A stretch of DNA of 64,000 bases, taken from positions 64,436 to 128,435 of IMG/VR virus record IMGVR_UViG_3300032291_002550. The stretch is one strand, 5' to 3'. Position 1 is the stretch's first letter; the number at the start of each line of letters is the position of its first letter. The position numbers were made by a program, and so were the translations under genes. The notes beneath the pieces were generated by a model. That model made no database searches, was not told where the DNA came from, and saw only the letters and a list, made by a program, of their open reading frames with translations. The DNA comes from a virus. Shown here piece after piece: positions 59,043-64,000 of this stretch.

Positions 59043-59128
59043 GCTCCTATGGCGTAATTGGTAGCCGCGCTGGGTTTAAGCCTCAGCGGTCAGTAATGGC
59101 CGTTTCAGTTCGAATCTGAATAGGAGCA
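59043..59128 (+). tRNA. tRNA-Leu(TAA)
   Basis: type II cloverleaf. Confidence 0.85.
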
Positions 59129-59211
59129 CGAAGAAATAATAATCTTCCTATATGGCATTCGGTCCATTAAGCCGAAGAACTTATTTGACGTCTCGGAAAG
59201 ACGAGAAATAT

Positions 59212-59284
59212 TGCCAGATGGAGTAATGGTAACTCATTTATATTTATATAAAAGACTATTAGGTTCAATTCCTAATCTGCGCAA
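59212..59284 (+). ncRNA. tRNA-like RNA with all-AT 16-nt anticodon arm
   Basis: D-arm GAGT-AATGGTA-ACTC and T-arm intact; TTTAT-ATTTAT-ATAAA. Confidence 0.55.
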
Positions 59285-59285
59285 C

Positions 59286-59498
59286 GATGAGTAAGAGATA
59301 CTCAGCAGTCTAATCAAAGACTCATTTAATCTATGGTCGGTACTAAAGAGGACATCGTTAACGCCTCTTTCGTGGGAATAAAGCCGGAAGATCATCCTTG
59401 CTCCCAGTAATGGTTGACGTTTTCACGGTGTAAGAACCACAGGGTTACAAATAGGAAACCGGAAATATCTACTTACTTATAATCTCAGAGTAAGGAAT
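59286..59498 (+). ncRNA. candidate structured ncRNA (~210 nt)
   Basis: non-coding, GC-elevated, several stems (GAGTA/TACTC, AGTCT/AGACT, AAAGAGG/CCTCTTT). Confidence 0.4.
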
Positions 59499-59501
59499 TA
59501 T

Positions 59502-59588
59502 GCCCCGGTGTTGGAATGGTAGTCATACCTGCCTTAGAAGCAGGCGCGAAATAATAGTAGCGTGAGAGTTCGAGTCTCTCCTGGGGTA
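59502..59588 (+). tRNA. tRNA-Leu(TAG)
   Basis: type II cloverleaf. Confidence 0.85.
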
Positions 59589-59709
59589 CAACTTATAAAT
59601 ACCATATCGGGTTAAAGAATAAGAGGGAGCCTGCGACTATGTATCGAAAGATAAATTAGACAAAACTTTACCCTTCGCGCTAGGTTGGCAGTGGTGAGCC
59701 TAGCAAATT

Positions 59710-59782
59710 AGTTCTATGGTGCAATGGATTAGCATACGCCCCTTCTAAGGGCTTGATATAGGTTCGAATCCTATTAGGACTA
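59710..59782 (+). tRNA. tRNA-Arg(TCT)
   Basis: 73-nt cloverleaf; CT-TCT-AA loop register preferred. Confidence 0.75.
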
Positions 59783-59909
59783 CTAACCAATGCATGCGGC
59801 TACCTTTGGGGTTATATAGAAAGTGAAGTAAAGTAACAAGTAATATAATTACGGGCAAGCGGGGTAACGCCTATTGAGTATAGTTTGACAGTTGGAAAGA
59901 CAACAAATT

Positions 59910-59982
59910 GCTTTCTTAGCTCAATGGATTAGAGTACTCGGCTACGGACCGAGAGATAGGAGTTCGAATCTCTTAGAGAGCA
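59910..59982 (+). tRNA. tRNA-Arg(ACG)
   Basis: cloverleaf. Confidence 0.85.
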
Positions 59983-60076
59983 CGAAGCGGCGTTGACCTG
60001 TCTGCAGCCGCAATGCTTAGGGTAACCTAAGGGCGCTTAATAGTAGAGGGTGACAAACTGGGAGAGACCCGTACAT

Positions 60077-60151
60077 GGTGTTTATAGTGTTAGCGGTTAG
60101 CACGTATGTTTGTGGTACATGAAGCGATCGGTTCGAATCCGACTAAATACC
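60077..60151 (+). tRNA. tRNA-His(GTG)
   Basis: G-1:C73, cloverleaf. Confidence 0.85.
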
Positions 60152-60184
60152 CTACGACAATAATTATAAGAAAGGAGAAAGGTT

Positions 60185-60655
60185 ATGAACCTACAATTTA
60201 AATCTTTAAGTACTCATGAAAACGTTACTGATATATTAGTATATATTAATAATATATTACGTTTGAAGCCAGACACTAAACTATATGTCGGTACTGATTC
60301 GCAAAATGGTAAACGTGCTACGGTATATGCTACAGTTGTTGTTATGCATTTTAATGAAAATGATTCTGGTAAAGGTGCGCATGTATTATTTGCAAAGGAA
60401 ATCTTACCTAAGATTAGAGATAAATATACTAGATTATGGGGCGAGGTAGAACGTTCAGTTGAAGTGTCAAATTTATTAAGAGATGGAGGATTATCTATTA
60501 AAAATATTGACTTAGATTTTAACGAAGACCCAAAATACCAATCAAATACGATATTACGTTCAGCAGTTGGTTATGTAGAAGCATCTGGGTATAAAGCTAG
60601 ATGGAAGCCACATGATGCTTATAGTGTACGTATTGCAGATCAAATTTGTAAATAA
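60185..60655 (+). CDS. RNase H-like YkuK family protein
   Basis: YVGTDSQ, RLWGEVERS, IDLDFN...YQSN, KP.AY...AD. Confidence 0.75.
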   Translation: MNLQFKSLSTHENVTDILVYINNILRLKPDTKLYVGTDSQNGKRATVYATVVVMHFNENDSGKGAHVLFAKEILPKIRDKYTRLWGEVERSVEVSNLLRDGGLSIKNIDLDFNEDPKYQSNTILRSAVGYVEASGYKARWKPHDAYSVRIADQICK

Positions 60656-60656
60656 T

Positions 60657-60950
60657 ATGTTAAAAAAATTTTTAAGTTTATTTAAATCAAAACAAACTAT
60701 ACCGGATGATATATTAAGTCCTTTTTTAGAAATTTATCAATTAAAAGAATCGGTACCGGAGTTTAAGAATTTTTTAAAAACATTTATGTTATATAATAGC
60801 AATAACAATGAAAATTATGCTATTAAACATGAATATGTTATGGACTTTTTCTCAGGTAAAAAATGTCGTAGTAAAATACCTGAAAATGGTTACTTTAAAT
60901 ATAATACAACAAAAGAACTAGTAGATCTTATTTGTTGGATGAAAAATTAA
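60657..60950 (+). CDS. hypothetical protein
   Basis: ATG at 60657. Confidence 0.5.
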   Translation: MLKKFLSLFKSKQTIPDDILSPFLEIYQLKESVPEFKNFLKTFMLYNSNNNENYAIKHEYVMDFFSGKKCRSKIPENGYFKYNTTKELVDLICWMKN

Positions 60951-60951
60951 T

Positions 60952-61140
60952 ATGGAAGAAAATAATATTTTATATGATTATGTATTATGGAATAATACGT
61001 ATGAAGGTATGTGGTATGCTATTAAGCGCGAACATATAACAGCATATTTTGCTGGTGGAGATTATCGTGAATCAATTCCTTCCGGAGGAGTTCTTCAAGA
61101 TGATGATTTAGATAGTTTAATAAGCCTCATATTTGAATAA
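60952..61140 (+). CDS. hypothetical protein
   Basis: ORF track. Confidence 0.55.
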   Translation: MEENNILYDYVLWNNTYEGMWYAIKREHITAYFAGGDYRESIPSGGVLQDDDLDSLISLIFE

Positions 61141-61154
61141 CTAAAAAAATAATA

Positions 61155-61180
61155 AAGCTCGATTTATTTCGGGCTTTTTT
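61155..61180 (+). terminator. intrinsic terminator
   Basis: AAAGCTCG/CGGGCTTT stem plus T run. Confidence 0.7.
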
Positions 61181-61232
61181 ACTGTTTAAACATACGTTGT
61201 TAGATAATTATATTAAATTTATTTAACAATAT

Positions 61233-61823
61233 ATGGCATACACAAAAGAACAAATCGAAGCCGCAATTAAATCAAAAGGTTATGTTTGGTTTGAAGGAGC
61301 AAAAGATTATGATTTAAACATCGTAGGAATTAGAAATTCTGCGACAGGTAACAAAGTTACTAACGTTTTTGATGATACTATGACAGTATCTTACAAAGTT
61401 AATGGTCAATGGGTATTTAAACAATGGCCTTGCACAACCGACCCGGGCACAAAAGGAGTAAAAGAATTTCATAATGCAAATGGAGTTGCTCGTTTAGTAG
61501 AAGGACAATATAGAGGTTCACATACCATTGGATTACATCAAGGTAAATATGAAGCTTTAAAACAAGCTAAACCAGTTAAAGTATATAGAGATGCTAACAA
61601 AGACATGACTTATGATGAAAGTAAAACTGAAACGGGTGTTTTTGGAATTAATATTCATAAAGCTGGCGCTGACTCTACATATGTTGAGAATTGGTCAGAA
61701 GGTTGTCAAGTATTTAAAAAATCAGCTGATTTCGATTCATTTATGGTAATTGCAAAAGAAGCTGCAAAAATACATGGTTCTTCTTTTACTTATACATTAA
61801 TTGAAAGCGCAGATATTAAGTAA
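61233..61823 (+). CDS. putative peptidoglycan-active enzyme (L,D-transpeptidase-like His/Cys motif)
   Basis: GINIH...WSEGCQV. Confidence 0.55.
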   Translation: MAYTKEQIEAAIKSKGYVWFEGAKDYDLNIVGIRNSATGNKVTNVFDDTMTVSYKVNGQWVFKQWPCTTDPGTKGVKEFHNANGVARLVEGQYRGSHTIGLHQGKYEALKQAKPVKVYRDANKDMTYDESKTETGVFGINIHKAGADSTYVENWSEGCQVFKKSADFDSFMVIAKEAAKIHGSSFTYTLIESADIK

Positions 61824-61921
61824 ATTAACTTAAACTAATTGATAATCAGACAGCGACCTAAAAAATCGCTGTTTTTTATCTTTTTATTAGGAAATTTGAA
61901 ATATTTTTATTATCTTTAGGT

Positions 61922-62188
61922 ATGTTAGATATATTATATTTTTCTGCACCGTGGTGTGGTCCTTGCAGAGCAATGAAACCTGCAATTGATAAATTTGAAG
62001 AAGCTTTAGATACTACTAAAGCAAAACTTAAAAGAGTTAATGTTGATGAAGATGCTGATTTAGTATCATTATACAATGTACATGCAGTGCCTACATTTAT
62101 ATTTGTTAAAGATTCTAATAAAGTAGAATCATTTACAGGCGTTATAGCTATTAATAAACTTCAAGATACCGTAGAAAAATGGAGCTAA
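61922..62188 (+). CDS. trxA: thioredoxin
   Basis: WCGPC, VPTF. Confidence 0.9.
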   Translation: MLDILYFSAPWCGPCRAMKPAIDKFEEALDTTKAKLKRVNVDEDADLVSLYNVHAVPTFIFVKDSNKVESFTGVIAINKLQDTVEKWS

Positions 62189-62691
62189 CACTTATACCTA
62201 AAGAAGATATTCAATCAAGAATCGAGACTTTAGCAAATGAAATTAACAAAGACTATTCAAGTAATAATTCTGTTGTGTGTGTGTGCGTACTACGTGGCGC
62301 TTTTTTGTTCTTTTCTGATTTAGTCAGAAAACTTAACCTAGATGTTGATATTGAATTTATTCAAGCTTCGAGTTATGAAAATGGAACTGAGAATCAAGGA
62401 TTAACAATTAAATCTAAATTAAGTTATAACGTAAAAGATAAGACAGTATTTTTAATAGATGATATTGTAGACTCTGGTAATACTTTAAATCAATTATCTA
62501 TTATCTTTAAAGATTTAGGCGCTAGAGATGTTAAAACAGTAGCATTAGTTTGCAGGCCTCAAAGTCAAACATTAGTAGATTATTATGGATTTGTAATTGG
62601 AGATGAATGGATTTATGGGTATGGATTAGATTTACAAGGCAAAAAAAGAACTTTATTAGATATTAAATATATAGAACAAAACATTGACTAA
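62179..62691 (+). CDS. hpt: hypoxanthine phosphoribosyltransferase
   Basis: VLRGA..F..DL, LIDDIVDSGNTL, GYGLD. Confidence 0.88.
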   Translation: MELTLIPKEDIQSRIETLANEINKDYSSNNSVVCVCVLRGAFLFFSDLVRKLNLDVDIEFIQASSYENGTENQGLTIKSKLSYNVKDKTVFLIDDIVDSGNTLNQLSIIFKDLGARDVKTVALVCRPQSQTLVDYYGFVIGDEWIYGYGLDLQGKKRTLLDIKYIEQNID

Positions 62692-62965
62692 TATGGATAA
62701 CGAAAGAATAAAAAAGATTATTTTAGAGATATATTCTGGACAAATAAATATGCAAGATGCAATTGATTTAGTTACAGAATATATGTCTGAAACAAAAGGA
62801 ACTGTAAATCAAACATTATTACATTTTTTGTGTAATCAAACAAACCCAGTTTCGATACAAATGTTACAGCGCGCTGTGGAAGTTTCTAAAGAGTATTTTG
62901 AAAATACAAGAGTTATAATAACAAGAGTACTAAAAGCAGATGGTACTTTTATCTATGCTTTTTAA
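62684..62965 (+). CDS. hypothetical protein
   Basis: ORF track. Confidence 0.55.
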   Translation: MTNMDNERIKKIILEIYSGQINMQDAIDLVTEYMSETKGTVNQTLLHFLCNQTNPVSIQMLQRAVEVSKEYFENTRVIITRVLKADGTFIYAF

Positions 62966-63870
62966 TGATTGGATATCATATATACTATCAAAAAAATAAT
63001 GAAATAAGTTTTGTAGAAATATCTTCGCAATTTGCATCTGCATTGTTTTGGAAAAAGCATTTTGGTCCAATTCGTCTATATTGTAATTCTAAATTTTTAG
63101 AAACAATATCATTATATAAATTAGATTTATTATATGACGAAATAAATGTAGATATATTAGATAATATTACATACGACTCAAAAATACTTTCGAAGTATTG
63201 GAGTATACCTAAACTTTATGCTGCAAATGAAATTTCTAAATTAGAACCTACATATTGTATATTAGACACTGATTTATGGATTACAAATTATTTTGAGTGG
63301 GATATTTCAAAAGATTTTTTGGCATTTCATTACGAAAAATTTGACTTAAAAAATAAAAATAATCCTTATCTTATACCTTCTGCATTTATAGATGATTATG
63401 AAGAAAAAGATTGGGACTTTATGGCAATGAATTGCGCGTTTATGTATATTAATAACCAACAAATGATATTTGATTGGTTTGAATATGCAGATGCTGTTAT
63501 AAAGTTAAATAAAACAGTAAAAACAAAAAATAAAAAAGATGTATATACGTTGTTTATAGAACAGCGCGCTATTACATATATTTGTGAAAAGTTAAAATTA
63601 GATTATGGGACATTTATATCTAATATATTCATATCCGGGTTAGATTCTGATAAAGAATTATGGAATCCTAAATTAAATCTTTTAGATAAGCCGCAAAAAT
63701 ATATTAAGCATATATGGGGACTTAAAAAGTTTTATGATTCATTAACTCTTCATTTATTAGAAGTAATATATAATGATATACATTCGGAATTTGGATTTCT
63801 AGAAATAGATTTTCCAGAACTTTATATAAAACGATTAACAATTATTCAAAATGAAACTAGTATTAATTAG
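62965..63870 (+). CDS. putative nucleotide-diphospho-sugar transferase
   Basis: WSIPKL, LDTD (DxD), MNCA, IEQ, HIWG. Confidence 0.55.
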   Translation: MIGYHIYYQKNNEISFVEISSQFASALFWKKHFGPIRLYCNSKFLETISLYKLDLLYDEINVDILDNITYDSKILSKYWSIPKLYAANEISKLEPTYCILDTDLWITNYFEWDISKDFLAFHYEKFDLKNKNNPYLIPSAFIDDYEEKDWDFMAMNCAFMYINNQQMIFDWFEYADAVIKLNKTVKTKNKKDVYTLFIEQRAITYICEKLKLDYGTFISNIFISGLDSDKELWNPKLNLLDKPQKYIKHIWGLKKFYDSLTLHLLEVIYNDIHSEFGFLEIDFPELYIKRLTIIQNETSIN

Positions 63871-64000
63871 CGATACGCATACAATGCATGAAGATTTAGT
63901 ATTACCTCAAGGTGATATTTTAATTCATTCAGGAGATTTTACTGGAAGGGGTAAGCCTCATGAGGTAGAGGAGTTCTTTGGTTGGTTAGAACGTCAATCT
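63851..64000 (+). CDS. metallophosphoesterase (partial, runs off window)
   Basis: MKLVLISDTH...GDILIHSGD. Confidence 0.8.
   Translation, partial: MKLVLISDTHTMHEDLVLPQGDILIHSGDFTGRGKPHEVEEFFGWLERQS

Noticed and set aside
59212-59284. Ochre suppressor tRNA (TTA)
   Set aside because: The anticodon arm is one base short, so no anticodon can be assigned, and TAA is the main stop codon.
59710-59782. Amber suppressor tRNA (CTA) and TAG recoding
   Set aside because: The CT-TCT-AA register gives a canonical loop (Arg). ORFs are intact under code 11 and some end in TAG.
54606-60050. Theta/HDV-like, hammerhead or twister ribozymes in tRNA spacers
   Set aside because: Several spacers are structured, but I could not identify the catalytic cores by eye; a covariance or motif search is needed.
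8844-62076. Short minus-strand and alternate-frame ORFs (e.g. 12719, 16141, 16815, 18676, 21921, 32884, 37729, 57729)
   Set aside because: They are shadows of better-supported plus-strand genes.

Overview
AT-rich (visually <30% GC), almost entirely plus-strand segment of a large (jumbo-type) dsDNA phage, most likely infecting Bacteroidota. Host evidence: about 30 copies of a TTG/TAG-N20-TATCTTTA promoter resembling the Bacteroidota sigma-A -33/-7 consensus, no Shine-Dalgarno sites, and DUF4494, Hc1-like and ClpS-like genes. Layout: (1) 1-9 kb nucleotide-sugar/glycosylation cluster with two TPP-dependent systems; (2) 9-24 kb small proteins, including putative head-packaged proteins sharing an N-terminal motif, a fibre-like protein, a GH73-like lysin and an HNH nuclease; (3) 25-41 kb array of early genes, mostly one promoter per gene, with an AT-rich repeat tract, a G-rich/iteron tract and a MoxR AAA+/VWA pair; (4) 40-50 kb nucleotide/NAD counter-defence-like block (HD hydrolase, Prs-like plus NAMPT-like = NARP1-type pair, macrodomain, RNA ligase); (5) 51.5-60.2 kb RNA island with a tmRNA, a ~880-nt GOLLD-like RNA, 22 assignable tRNAs, several anomalous tRNA-like RNAs, and a Ro60/TROVE gene with three Y-RNA-like elements. 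The two most unusual observations: six dispersed tRNA-scaffold RNAs with a fixed AGTYAGG/CCTGACT acceptor and T-arm but unrelated 'cargo' replacing the anticodon arm; and Y RNAs carrying related tRNA modules in permuted and unpermuted order, plus one with no module. All calls come from manual motif and base-pair inspection; no database searches were run.
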